Source of the DNA: Selaginella moellendorffii
Taxonomy: Eukaryota > Plantae > Lycopodiophyta
DNA length: 52,672 bases
Assembly (NCBI RefSeq): GCF_000143415.4
Contig: NW_003314264.1
Span: 155,942 to 208,613, forward strand
Direction of reading: 5' to 3'
The notes below the pieces were generated by a model that saw only the letters and a program-made list of their open reading frames with translations, was not told where the DNA came from and did not search any database. Position numbers and translations under genes: made by a program. How positions within the stretch are numbered: position 1 is the first letter of the stretch; each line of letters opens with the position of its first letter. This document shows positions 37,614 to 50,582 of this stretch, piece by piece.

Positions 37614-39100
37614 ATTGTTGAGCTTTTGTAGTTAACATAGATCCTAAGTTTGCCATTCTTCTTGAGAACAATAACTAGTGGTGATAGCTATTCTAAATTA
37701 TTGATTGGATAAATGAAATAGATTTGCTCAAGTTTTTTAAGTTCTTCCTTGACTTTCAGTTGCATGTTGAGGTTCATTCGATATGCTAATTGTGTTCTTG
37801 GTTTGAGGAAAAAGTTCAATTTGGTACATGCATATCTTGGGAGGGATTCCTCCTAAATATATACAAGACCAGGTGAAAACATCTTTATACCTATCAAGAA
37901 TATCAACTACTCCCTGTTTGAAGGTTTTAAGATCTTTAGTGATATGAAGCTTTTTTGGTTCATTTTTAATTCCTAAGTTGATTTCTTTAGTTAGTTCTTC
38001 AAGATTGAGAATAGAAATGAGTTGAGATATTTCTTGCTGAACAATTGGTTCTTCCTTGAGGTTGATTTGTTGTTGAATTAGTTAGAATTGCTCATGTTTG
38101 ATTGTAGGTTAGTCACAATGCTTTCTGAGCTTTGCTGGTGTAGTCTTGAGTGTCAATTTTCTTGACTCAGAAGTTTATCCTTGGTTTAATTTTCTTGAGT
38201 TTCAGGTTTTATTGTGCAAATTGAGTCATGATGATTTATTTGAGGTCAACTTGAATAAGGGATTTCAATTCTGGGTATGCTTTCAAGATTTATGCTTCTT
38301 TATAATCATTAAGGCTTTCATTCCAATTGTACTATTCAATAATAGTTGGATGAATTTTCTTTAGAACTTTTTTTATATAAGGTTGAAAAGCATCTTGATG
38401 CTCTCCAAAGGTGATTGTGTTCTTCCACTAGTATGTGATGACATCAGCTATCTTGAGCCAAATTCATCCAAGGAATATTGGTCTTTAGCCATCTTGAGTA
38501 TGATGAATGTTACTTTGACTTTGATTGGGATATTGTAGATGATTCTAGATGATTGTACACTTTTATCATTGGCCATCTTGACATTGAAAGGTGATGGATG
38601 GATTAGTCCAAGTCCCATCGCTTTGCATGTTAAGTACTTGATAATGTTGATACTATAATTTCATTAATGATTGTTTGAGGAATTTTATTCTTTCCTATCT
38701 AAATTGAAATGTATGATACATCTTTGTCGAAGTCACTAGGTTGGATGTAAATTTCATAGACTGAAGTGTTGTTGGTCTTTTTCTTGACTTGAGTTGATTT
38801 TGCTTGTGTTAGTGCTTCATAAATTTTGAGTATTTATTTATTTAATTATGGGGCAATTTGTAAAAGCTCTTAAAAGGTAAAAGTGGTACCTTGTTGGAGA
38901 ATTTAGTTTGTGAGCTTTAGTTTCTTCTCATATTTTGGTGAGGGTTAAATTGTGATTTCTTGATTGTCTTCTATTTCAAGTTGTTGCCATTGAAGGTTTT
39001 ATTGGACCATGTCAACAAGCTCTTTAGCTTTTTGCCAACCTGACATTTGAGATGATATGCTCATTAAGATTCGTGATTTGTTTATCTTAAGGCATCTTTT
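37614..39100 (-). pseudogene. Continuation of the same non-chromoviral pol (RT N-part, protease region)
   Basis: KKNGKLRIYVNY/KLNNA joins across the A2 TSD to IQKDTFSIP; protease-like region ~38400-38700; right end approximate. Confidence 0.8.
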
Positions 39101-39359
39101 TTAAGGCACTTTAAGCATTGACTTATATAGGAACTTTCATTGATGGGGGGCAATGATTCCAGCAAAGAAGGTTCTAGAAGAAGCTTTCATTATGAAGCAG
39201 ATGATCTGTTTTTAGACCTCTTGAAAGATGAAAATGAAGGCTTAGCATTAACAAGAAGTGACTATATCACTTTGAGGTTAAAAGTGTCCTTGCAGGAATA
39301 TCATTGGTTGTCTCTTGGAGTGAAGGCTATGTTAGAAGTAGCAATGGGGTCTTTATAAT

Positions 39360-41264
39360 CCAACAAGCTTACACATGCTCTAAAATTTATCCTGCAGCTT
39401 TTGCAAGTCTATTATTTATGTTGCATTGGAAGATGTGAGTGATTGTAAGTTCCAAACCTTTGCATTTAATTCACTACTCTTTTTATGTTTAGCACTACTC
39501 TGCGCTCTTTTACCTATGGTCTTCTTCAGAATCAATGCCATGTTTCAAATTAAGGCAAGCAAGATTAGTTTACTGACTTGTGTCTTCAATCAGGTCCAAC
39601 AAACATATTGTCAGTTTGTGCACACTTGCTTCAAGAAATCTCCTCAATTCAATGCTCTTTTGAAGGTAAGCCTTTCTTATCTATTTGAAGTTGTTATCCC
39701 AAAAGAAGTAAAAACATCGCAAAAGCCCATCATTAGTCAACCTCAAACAAGTGACAACAAAGTGAGATGGATTTCACAATATTTGAGTGTTAAACTTCCA
39801 TTACCTTTACTAGACTGAGTTGCATCTACTTTCATTGTGATGGGTATGAAATGTGCCATTTTAGAAAATTAATCTACCACCACGAATATTGCATCAAACC
39901 CCTCACTTGAGGGGAGTCCTATGATGAAGTCCATTGTAAGACATTTCTACAGATGATCTAGAACTAAGAGGCTTTGCAACAAGCCCCCACTAGCCTTATT
40001 CACAGCCTTTATCTGTTGACATGTTGGACATTTCTTTACATAGTTTTAAATATCCTTAGCCATGTCTGGTTAGTGATACTTTCTCTTGAGTAAGTCTATT
40101 ATCTTGGGCACTTTGTTGTGTCCCACAAGAGGTATATCATAACACTCTTCTAAAGCTAACTTCTTTAATTCCTTTTGTAGAACATACACCCTCATCTGCT
40201 TATAATAGATGAGTCTATTGCATTCTATATAATTCATTTTCTCTTCTCTAGATGGCTCACATCTTTAGTGAGCATCCCATGCCTCTTGGTTCCTTAGCAA
40301 CACTTGTACTAGACTATTATCCTTATATATTTCCCACATATCATCCTAAAAGGTTATTATTGCATTGGATATCGTCAACTTTAAGCTTGTTTTTTGACTT
40401 AGAGCATCTGCCACAATATTCTTGTTTTCAGGTTCATACAGAATCTTACAATCGAACTCAGCTAAAGCATTGGGCCACTAACCCTATTTTCCTTGTAAGT
40501 CAAGCTATGAGAAGAAGTGTTTTGTTGTCAAATTATCCATGTATACTTTGACGTGCATCCCAAGGTAGTGTTTCCACTCCTTAAACACCTTGACCACCGT
40601 AAATAGTTCTTTTTTGTGGGTAGACCACTTTTGTTGAGCTTTGTCCAACTTTTTCAAGAAGAATGCCATTGGGTGGTTATTTTGCTTTAAACTATGCTAA
40701 ATACAAAGTTTGAAGCATCTATTTCTACCTTGAAGTCTTTACTAAAGTTTAATAATACCAATACGGGAGTCTTCTTCAATTTTCTTTTGAGGTGGATAAA
40801 TGTTGCCTTGTATTCCGCTCTCTATACCATCTTCCCTTTTCCCATCTGGTCTATTAAAGGTAGGGTTATTCTCGAATAGTGTTTGATAAACTTTTGGATT
40901 TGATGGTCATTCCCATTCCTGAATCACTTGGACCTTCTCAAGGTCCACCTTAAACCCGTCCTTGCCTATCACATGCTTGAGAAATTTAACCTCTTGTTGA
41001 ACAAAGTTACATTTGCTCTTTTTAGCATACAACTTGTGTTCCCTTAGTTTCTCAAACACTTTCATCATGTTCTTTTTCTCGCTATAGATTAGGATATTGT
41101 CAATGTAGATGACAACAAAATGATCCAAATAGAGTATTAAAATGTGGTTCATTAGTGCCAAGAACATTGCCAGTGTATTGCATAGCCCAAAGGGCATCAC
41201 TATAAACTTAAAGCTTCCATACCTCATTTGATAGGTTGTCTTCTCAACATCTTCCTCTACTACC
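39360..41264 (-). pseudogene. Decayed chromovirus-like pol (RT C-part, RNase H, integrase)
   Basis: EDVEKTTYQMRYGSFKFIVMPFGLCN...YIDNILIYS; DASN...KKELFTVV...WKHYL; CPTCQQIK; TMDFIIGLP...FVVVD*FSKMAHFIP. Confidence 0.9.
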
Positions 41265-44200
41265 TGTAAGCGACTAAATTTTTCCATTCTACTTTAGTCA
41301 CTTAACCACACCTTCGACCACTTGGAGGAGTCTCATTCACAACCTCCATAAGTCCCATTCAGGACTTGGGGCTTGCTAGCCCCGAGAATGGCATCCATGC
41401 CACTCAACCTTTGCACTTGGTCCAAGTGCTCCACGTGTCCGATCCCATGACCGACACCCAAAGGTACCACTGACATCTCGGCCCGTTACGCTAAGGCCAT
41501 GCCCATTCACCTTTGCTGCGCAAATGGTCCAATACCACTTGCATCACCATCCCGTCTCTCCAAGACTGGGCCATCTGTCTACGAGGGGTCATCCTAGATC
41601 CACTCCTTAGCATCCTTAGGATGCCCACAGACCTGGGGAATCGCCTTCCCCAAAGTCCCTTTGTCAGTTCCTACCAAGTCCCTTTCTGCCCCTGGCCGTG
41701 TTTGCCAACACTGCCACTGGATCGAGGCCCACAGGCCTGACCACTAAGTCCCACGGTCCTCTGGGACTTCCTCACCACACGACTGTGTCCTTGGTCACTA
41801 CCCCAGAGGACTGCTCCTCTTCCTTTCCACAGTCTGGGCCTTTGGGACGACATTTCGGAACACCGTGGCCTTACGCGAGCCACCTGGGTACTCTCCCCAC
41901 CTATCGCCTTTAGGTGCTCTAGCCATGGGCTTAGAGCGAGGTTCCGTTGAGCCACGCCTGGTATCCAAGTAGGTAGTGCCACCCACACTTGGACTGGGAG
42001 CATCGGCCAGTCGATCTCCCGGGGGAACTAGAGCCGGCTCTTGAACACTTCACCAAGCTACCCCGCTTGTCGGTCCGTATTCACTCTAGTCTTGGACTTC
42101 CCAGTGGTCAGTTCATCACCCAACACTGGGTCTGGCCTTCCTGGGCCAAACTGGCCTTTCCTGGCCAAACTGGCTCCACTGCAGTCCTCCCCCTTCTATA
42201 CTTTTGGAGCTCACCAAACCCCCCAGGGTCTGGGAGACGAACGCTTTGGGCTTTCACCCTCTCAGGCTCCGGACTCGGACTCGGACTCGGACTCGGACTC
42301 GGACTCGGACTCGGATTCGGATTCGGACTCGGACTCGGGCTCGGGCTCGGTCTTGGCCTCGGCCTCGGTCTCGGTCTCGGTCCCGATCTCGGTCTCGGTC
42401 TCGGTCTCGGTCCCGGTCTCGGTTCCGGTCTCGGTCTCGACTTCGGACTCCATCTCGGACTCCATCTCGGACTCCATCTCGGACTCCATCTCGGACTCCA
42501 TCTCGGGTCCATCTCGGGTCCATCTCGGACTCCATTTCGGGTCTATCTCGGGTCCACCTCGGACTCCATCTCGGACTCCATCTCGGGTCCATCTCGGACT
42601 CCATCTTGGACTCCATCTCAGACTCCATCTCGGGTCCATCTCGGACTCCATCTCAGACTCCATTTCGGGTCCATCTCGGGTCCACCTCGGACTCCATCTC
42701 GGACTCCATCTCGGACTCCATCTCGGGTCCATCTCGGACTCCACTTCGGACTCCAACTCGGGTCCATCTCGGGTCCACCTCGGACTCCAACTCGGACTCC
42801 ATCTCGGACTCCATCTCGGACTCCATCTCGGACTCCATCTCGGACTCCACTTCGGACTCCAACTCGGGTCCATCTCGGGTCCACCTCGGACTCCACTTTG
42901 GACTCCATCTCGAGTCCATCTCGGACTCCACTTCGGACTCCAACTCGAGTCCATCTCGGACTGCACTTCGGACTCCAACTCGAGTCCATCTCGGACACTC
43001 CCACGTGTCATGTGTTGGTCCTTTTGGGTCCCTTTTTGGAGCCTCGCCTTTTGCTCGCTTCATGCTCGTTCCTCGAGCACTTCGTTGGGAGTTCCACTCC
43101 CGCTCTTGACTTTTCAAGTCGGAGCTTTTGGTCCAAACGTGTTACGCTCGTTTGGCTCTCGCTTCGGCCACTACCATGTGGCGCCCTTCCGGCTCCACTT
43201 TGGGGCCTAGGGATTTTGTGTCTCACAACTCCACCACCCATAGACGAAGTTCGATGTCCTCATCGAACGGTAAACCCTTTCATAAAGTAACACCCACACG
43301 TGTTACCATTTCCATCCTTGGCACCTAGCCAATCTTTGTCTATGGCTTGACATCAAAGGCTCACCATGCCTTGTCCATCCTTTAAGGAGTGTAGTCTCTC
43401 CAACTTAGAGACTGATTGGACCACATGTAATGGTTCTCTCCTTTTATTGGTTTAGTTCTCGCTAAACCACTTAGAGACCCTTCTCTAAGTCAATCCCACT
43501 ACTCCTTCTCGAGTAGTCTCAATTTCCATCGATATAACCTTTGCACTTTGGAACTTTGAATTTTGACTTCTTGGAGTCAATTTCCTAGGTGTCTCCAACA
43601 CCTTGCATTGCACAGATTGTGCGACTCCACTTCCCTATCCTAGGAAGTTCATTACTTGAGGGCACCATCATCCTCTCTTCTATTTCGTGCCACCTTGGGC
43701 ACTAAGTTTCATTTATCACACTTTGTGCTAGGGTTGTCCATCGCCCTATCATTTGGCTACCTTACCGCTCCCTCCCTTGGAGCTTCCACTTTCGCCAAAT
43801 CGGAGCAATTCGGAATCCCTCCTTGGAAACACACTTCCTTTCCCGCAACTTGTTAGCGTCCAACACATTAGTGTTCTTCGCCTAACTTTGTCACTTGGAT
43901 TCCTTCCAAGGGATTCCACGGCCCTATCTTGGCCACTCATCTTTTGCTCCTATCCATTGATTGTTGCACCAAGCAACATCGAATCTCTACCTCCCTCCTT
44001 GAGGTATTGTTTCGGTTCCATAGCAAAGACTCTTCTTTGCCATGTCCGGAGGATGTTCACCCCTAGTACGTCTCTTTAGCATCTTCTGCTATGGGCTCTA
44101 TCCACGGCCCATCTTCGTGACCCTCCCATGGGTCTTTTATAGAGACTACTTTCCTCGGACTCACTATGCCATCGCACGGACATAGTTTATTTCCCTTAGG

Positions 44201-47200
44201 TGCTCTTCCCACTTGGTTATCACGACCAAGCCACACCACCTTAAATAGTTCAATTTCAACATTTTGAACCAGGAACTTCATTCCTTAGCCAACCAAGGAC
44301 CTTGTCCTTTTCTGGCCATAAGATCACCTAGTGATCTCACCTTGGCACCTTAACAGAGTTGCCAAGAGGTACTTGGTTTTCTAGACCTCCAAGTTGTTGA
44401 CTATAACCCCGGGGGCATCCCCCACACTTGGCGGTGCACCCAAGCCAGCCCTTACGGCCAAGGGTTCATAGCAACTGAGATTAGGTGTCCCCATCTCACT
44501 CACCACGACCTTGGTGCCACTTGCACCAAAGTGTTCAAGTTAGATATGCTGAGCTTTCACACTAAGCAATCTAACCGTGCATCACGACTCCGAGGCATCC
44601 CTCGCTTGGCGGTGTGCCCAAACCAGTCTCCCCACTGAGAGTCCATGACCACCGAAATATGAGTGTCCTCATATTCCAAACCATCACCACGCCCTAGTGA
44701 TTTGGGACTCGAACCCAAGCACTAGAGGGTCGGGACTCAAACCCAACCTCCGTATATGCATCTACGGACGGCATCACACAAGATGCCTGGCGTGACTCCC
44801 CACGCCGGTGCACCAACTTATTTTTTAAAGCGCGCTACAGATCACAGCTTAGGAACCTAGTTCCTCCACACTGCCAAGTCCTCTCACTTGACATGTCTGT
44901 GATCATGCATGGACTCCTCCATGCTCGGCCCCATGGCCCACCCCTTTTGAAGTTATCACCTTCAACTAGGGTATTTGTTCCCCCGAGTGCCAATCTCGCT
45001 TGGCAAGTCCTCCAACCACTGTAACATGGTTCCTGCATAAGCGTGAAAGTCCTTGACCATCGACTTTCGTTCAAAGCCCTTTCTTTGAACACTCGGGACC
45101 TACTTCCCTAACCTTGATAGCCTTGCCTCATAGCAAGCTTCAAGACCACGCTTCTGCTGCACCACTCTGATTTCGTGCGTTCCATGCACCACTCTGATTT
45201 CGTGCGTTCCATGAACCATTTACACTTGGCCTTTCTAGGTACTAAGCTACCTAGAATCGTCTTTGGGAACCTTGAAGGAACTCTGTCCCTCAGCTTGCTA
45301 AGGCCTCCCTTTTTGCAAGCCTTCAAAATGCCACATAGTCTAACATGGACAATTCCATATTTTAGACTCTCCATGGCATCACGGTTGCTAGCGGCAACAC
45401 CCTCGAGCCCCCACTTGATTCTCCACTCCCAGCTGGCATAACCAACCTCGGTTATGCCCTTCGATTCCTATGGTTCGGTTCTACCCCCTTACTTCTTGCT
45501 TTTGGCTTCACACCTTTCCTTCGGTCATTCTCCTCTAGATTAGGAGGATAGCTTTGCACTTTCTATCATGCCTTAGCAAGTATTCTTAGGGATGAACTTA
45601 CCCGATAGCCTAGGGAGTGGTTCCTCAATCCGGGTATGTTCACCTTATAATCCCACACACTGGGATTACATTGTTACTTATGGGCCTTTACATGCCCATC
45701 ACTAGCCTTGCCAAAATTCCCTTTTTGGCTTTGTCCAACTCGGGTAAACAGTCCTCTCCTGTCTCCGCAACCTTGGACATTTGGATAGCACCTTCTATCC
45801 ATCATTCGCTAGGGACTTAGTCCCTTGGGCTTTATCCATTGCCCTCGCGACATCAAACACCATCTTCTGGTGTTCTAGAGTGTTCGGGTGTCCCAATGAT
45901 GGCTTTCTTGACAATGAGTATTTCCTTTTATGACATTGACCTACTATATCGCAACACAAGTAACTTATCCCCCGTAAGGGTATATCCGACTTCCCTATGC
46001 TAGAAGTCTTGGGTAGCTACCTTCTACCCGTTTAACCAGTTATTTTGCACCTCTTGCTTAGTTGCCTCATAATTGTCAAGTCCTACAACTCATTGCTTGG
46101 TGCTTTCACACCTCCATCATTATCTGGGTCACCACACTCCAACTGCATGCTCTGCAGCTTAGGCTATGCTATTCCCATTTCCATTGGGATTCCTTTGGCA
46201 AGGGGTTCTCATGAACCCACCAACATAGCCTCAAGGTATCACACCTTGGCACATTTGGTGTCTTCCCACCATTGGCTCCACGAGCCTACCTCTATGACAT
46301 TTCCCCTTCGTGTCTAAGTCTTTGCCAAGACCAACACCGCTCTTTCTCATGCCAACCATACGTTAGCACTGCACCATAGAGGTCACACACAACTTTATGT
46401 CAAAGTTGTTTTCTTCTAGGAACACCTTTCCCATAACTTTAGCATTGCATATTTTGCCATCGATGAGATACCCTCTGTTCTCATCCTTGGATCCTATGAT
46501 CCCCCCCCATCCTTTGTGGGGTACAACACACCTCAGTCCAAATGCTTCCATCAGTCCTTTTAGGACCATCCATTGACTCTACTTGAGTCATCCAGCAGTT
46601 TTGGACTTGGTTAATCCACAGACCCGTAAGGTCTTACTTGTGAGGCACTAGCTCACTGGAATACACTTCTTGCATTCCTGTCCTACTCAAAAGGACTATT
46701 TTCACAAGTGCTACTCCGACACTTGATTTTGTTCTCTGGGGGCAACCTTTGCCCCTTAGGACTACTTGTCCATGTGATGAGAACACCAACTCATCCACTT
46801 AATACACCCCCAACTCCTGGGGTTGTTCCAGTATTTATTAGAGGTAGCCCCGGCTACCTTTTCAAGGACTTGAGGCCTCTTCCGTATTTGACCTCCCACG
46901 GTCATTACTTCTGGTCTCACATTCATGAGCACCAACCTCAACTATATGAGGAAAATCTTGTGACTCCTTTATTGCTTTGGAGTCTTTATCTTTCCCGTGA
47001 TCCCAACTGTAGTTGTTTACCACAACTACATTAGCCAGTTTGCTAAGTCAAACGCTCATCTGGATCACATCCTCAACTCTTTGAGGAAAACCATATACTG
47101 TTCCCAAGATCCCAAAGTCGTTCCATTATTGGCCCTTTTCTATCCACCACCTCGTCTACAAGTTCACACATGAACTGTAATGGAGAGCCATGTCTTCCCG

Positions 47201-49282
47201 ACTTGCTACTCCTCAAGGATAGGCCCACTCCTCGGACCTTCCGATGCCAACACTAGTGGTGATATACTTGAGCACCAATAAAAGTCGGACTAAGGAACAG
47301 CTCCGATACCAAGTTGTAAGCGACTAAATTTTTCCATTCTACTTTAGTCACTTAACCACACCTTCGACCACTTGGAGGAGTCTCATTCACAACCTCCATA
47401 AGTCCCATTCAGGACTTGGGGCTTGCTAGCCCCGAGAATGGCATCCATGCCACTCAACCTTTGCACTTGGTCCAAGTGCTCCACGTGTCCGATCCCATGA
47501 CCGACACCCAAAGGTACCACTGACATCTCGGCCCGTTACGCTAAGGCCATGCCCATTCACCTTTGCTGCGCAAATGGTCCAATACCACTTGCATCACCAT
47601 CCCGTCTCTCCAAGACTGGGCCATCTGTCTACGAGGGGTCATCCTAGATCCACTCCTTAGCATCCTTAGGATGCCCACAGACCTGGGGAATCGCCTTCCC
47701 CAAAGTCCCTTTGTCAGTTCCTACCAAGTCCCTTTCTGCCCCTGGCCGTGTTTGCCAACACTGCCACTGGATCGAGGCCCACAGGCCCGACCACTAAGTC
47801 CCACGGTCCTCTGGGACTTCCTCACCACACGACTGTGTCCTTGGTCACTACCCCAGAGGACTGCTCCTCTTCCTTTCCACAGTCTGGGCCTTTGGGATGA
47901 CATTTCGGAACACCGTGGCCTTACGCGAGCCACCTGGGTACTCTCCCCACCTATCACCTTTAGGTGCTCTAGCCATGGGCTTAGAGCGAGGTTCCGTTGA
48001 GCCACGCCTGGTATCCAAGTAGGTAGTGCCACCCACACTTGGACTAGGAGCATCGGCCAGTCGATCTCCCGGGGGAACTAGAGCCGGCTCTTGAACACTT
48101 CACCAAGCTACCCCGCTTGTCGGTCCGTATTCACTCTAGTCTTGGACTTCCCAGTGGTCAGTTCATCACCCAACACTGGGTCTGGCCTTCCTGGGCCAAA
48201 CTGGCCTTTCCTGGCCAAACTGGCTCCACTGCAGTCCTCCCCCTTCTATACTTTTGGAGCTCACCAAACCCCCCAGGGTCTGGGAGACGAACGCTTTGGG
48301 CTTTCACGCTCTCAGGCTCCGGACTCGGACTCGGACTCGGACTCGGATTCGGATTCGGACTCGGACTCGGGCTCGGGCTCGGTCTTGGCCTCGGCCTCGG
48401 TCTCGGTCTCGGTCCCGATCTCGGTCTCGGTCTCGGTCTCGGTCCCGGTCTCGGTTCCGGTCTCGGTCTCGACTTCGGACTCCATCTCGGACTCCATCTC
48501 GGACTCCATCTCGGACTCCATCTCGGACTCCATCTCGGGTCCATCTCGGGTCCATCTCGGACTCCATCTCGGGTCCATCTCGGACTCCATTTCGGGTCTA
48601 TCTCGGGTCCACCTCGGACTCCATCTCGGACTCCATCTCGGGTCCATCTCGGACTCCATCTTGGACTCCATCTCGGACTCCATCTCGGGTCCATCTCGGA
48701 CTCCATCTCGGACTCCATTTCGGGTCCATCTCGGGTCCACCTCAGACTCCATCTCGGACTCCATCTCGGACTCCATCTCGGGTCCATCTCGGACTCCACT
48801 TCGGACTCCAACTCGGGTCCATCTCGGGTCCACCTCGGACTCCAACTCGGACTCCATCTCGGACTCCATCTCGGACTCCATCTCGGACTCCATCTCGGAC
48901 TCCACTTCGGACTCCAACTCGGGTCCATCTCGGGTCCACCTCGGACTCCACTTTGGACTCCATCTCGAGTCCATCTCGGACTCCACTTCGGACTCCAACT
49001 CGAGTCCATCTCGGACTCCACTTCGGACTCCAACTCGAGTCCATCTCGGACACTCCCACGTGTCATGTGTTGGTCCTTTTGGGTCCCTTTTTGGAGCCTC
49101 GCCTTTTGCTCGCTTCGTGCTCGTTCCTCGAGCACTTCGTTGGGAGTTCCACTCCCGCTCTTGACTTTTCAAGTCGGAGCTTTTGGTCCAAACGTGTTAC
49201 GCTCGTTTGGCTCTCGCTTCGGCCACTACCATGTGGCGCCCTTCCGGCTCCACTTTGGGGCCTAGGGATTTTGTGTCTCACA
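41265..49282 (-). mobile_element. Family A full-length copy A3
   Basis: 3' LTR 41265-43227 and 5' LTR 47315-49282; TSD CTACC; PBS 47300-47311; PPT 43229-43239. Confidence 0.97.
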
Positions 49283-49287
49283 CTACC

Positions 49288-50582
49288 TTGATATGGTAAT
49301 ATCCTAACCTTAGGTCAATTCTTGAGAAGTATTTCACCTTTCCCAACCTATCGAATAGGTCCTTAATCCTTGGTAAAGGGTATTTATTCTTCTTTATATA
49401 CTTTTTAAGTAATTAGTAGTTTATGCATATGCGTATAAAGCTATCTTTTTTTTTTCCCAAATAACATTAATGCCTCATATGGCAACTTGCTCAACCTAAC
49501 ATACCCTTTATCCACCAACTCCTCAAGTTGGCACTTGAGCTCCTAGAATTCTTTTTTGTTTAACCGATAATGGGGATGAACCACCACCTTAGCACCCTCG
49601 ATTAGCTCAATCTTATGTTCTATCGGTTAGGCAGGAGGTAACCCCACCAATAATTCCTTTGATATGGTATCTCAAAATTGATATAACATCTATTAGATCA
49701 CTAAAGATACTTATTTTGTTCCCATCTTTTTGTCACTCCACACTAAGAGTAAGCACAAAAATGTTGTTTTGGTTCCTTTAGTGAGTTGTCCTCTCATGGG
49801 CACCAAGTTCAAGTAGAAATCTTTAGCCTTACATTATCTTACCTTTAGATCCTAGGCCACCACCTTGGATTGTTCTCTTTAGGTATTCACCAGTACCACT
49901 AAGTTCTTACTTTGTCTATTCAAGGCTACCAAAAATTGATTGAACTAATCCATCCCAAAGATCACGTTAAATCTTACTATATCCAAAATAGTGAAATTCA
50001 TATCCACTTTCCATATCTTTACTTCAACTCTTATTTGTCAAAGTACCTTATTGGTGTTTTGGCTACCTTGAACAAACTCTATAGTCTTTAGTTCACTTAG
50101 CCACTACATTGTTAATTTAGCTTGCTAGACAATGTTTGTAGCCACAAAATTATCGGAACCACCTGTGTCAATAAGAATCTTAACAAATTTACCTTTGAGT
50201 TTTCTTTAGAGGGTTAGTAGATATCGTGAATGACTCACTATCAAAGTTTCTTATGTAATGAGTAACTTTGAGTTAAGGACTACATCATGTACATCATTTT
50301 AGACTTCACCTAACTTAATGGCCACATTGACTCTGGCTTTCTTTGGGTAGGGATATTCTCTCGTGAAGTGTCCCATTTCACTACAATTGTATTATATATT
50401 GTTTCCTACACTACTAACAAACATGGTTTTCTTATCAAGGTTTATCTCTTTTCACTTGACTCCCTTATGTACTTGCTCTTTAACCACCAAATTTGCCTTT
50501 CCAAAACCCTAAAGACTCATTCTTAGAGAAACTCTTTCTAAATTTCCCTTTTCCACATGTCTCCCTTGGTTTGGCTCCTTTG
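49288..50582 (-). pseudogene. Continuation of the chromovirus-like gag-pol (gag knuckle, protease, RT N-part)
   Basis: YFSRIDLRLGYYHIKV joins across the A3 TSD; protease ILIDTGGSDNFV at ~50145-50180; knuckle YNCSEMGHFTREYP at ~50350-50395. Confidence 0.88.
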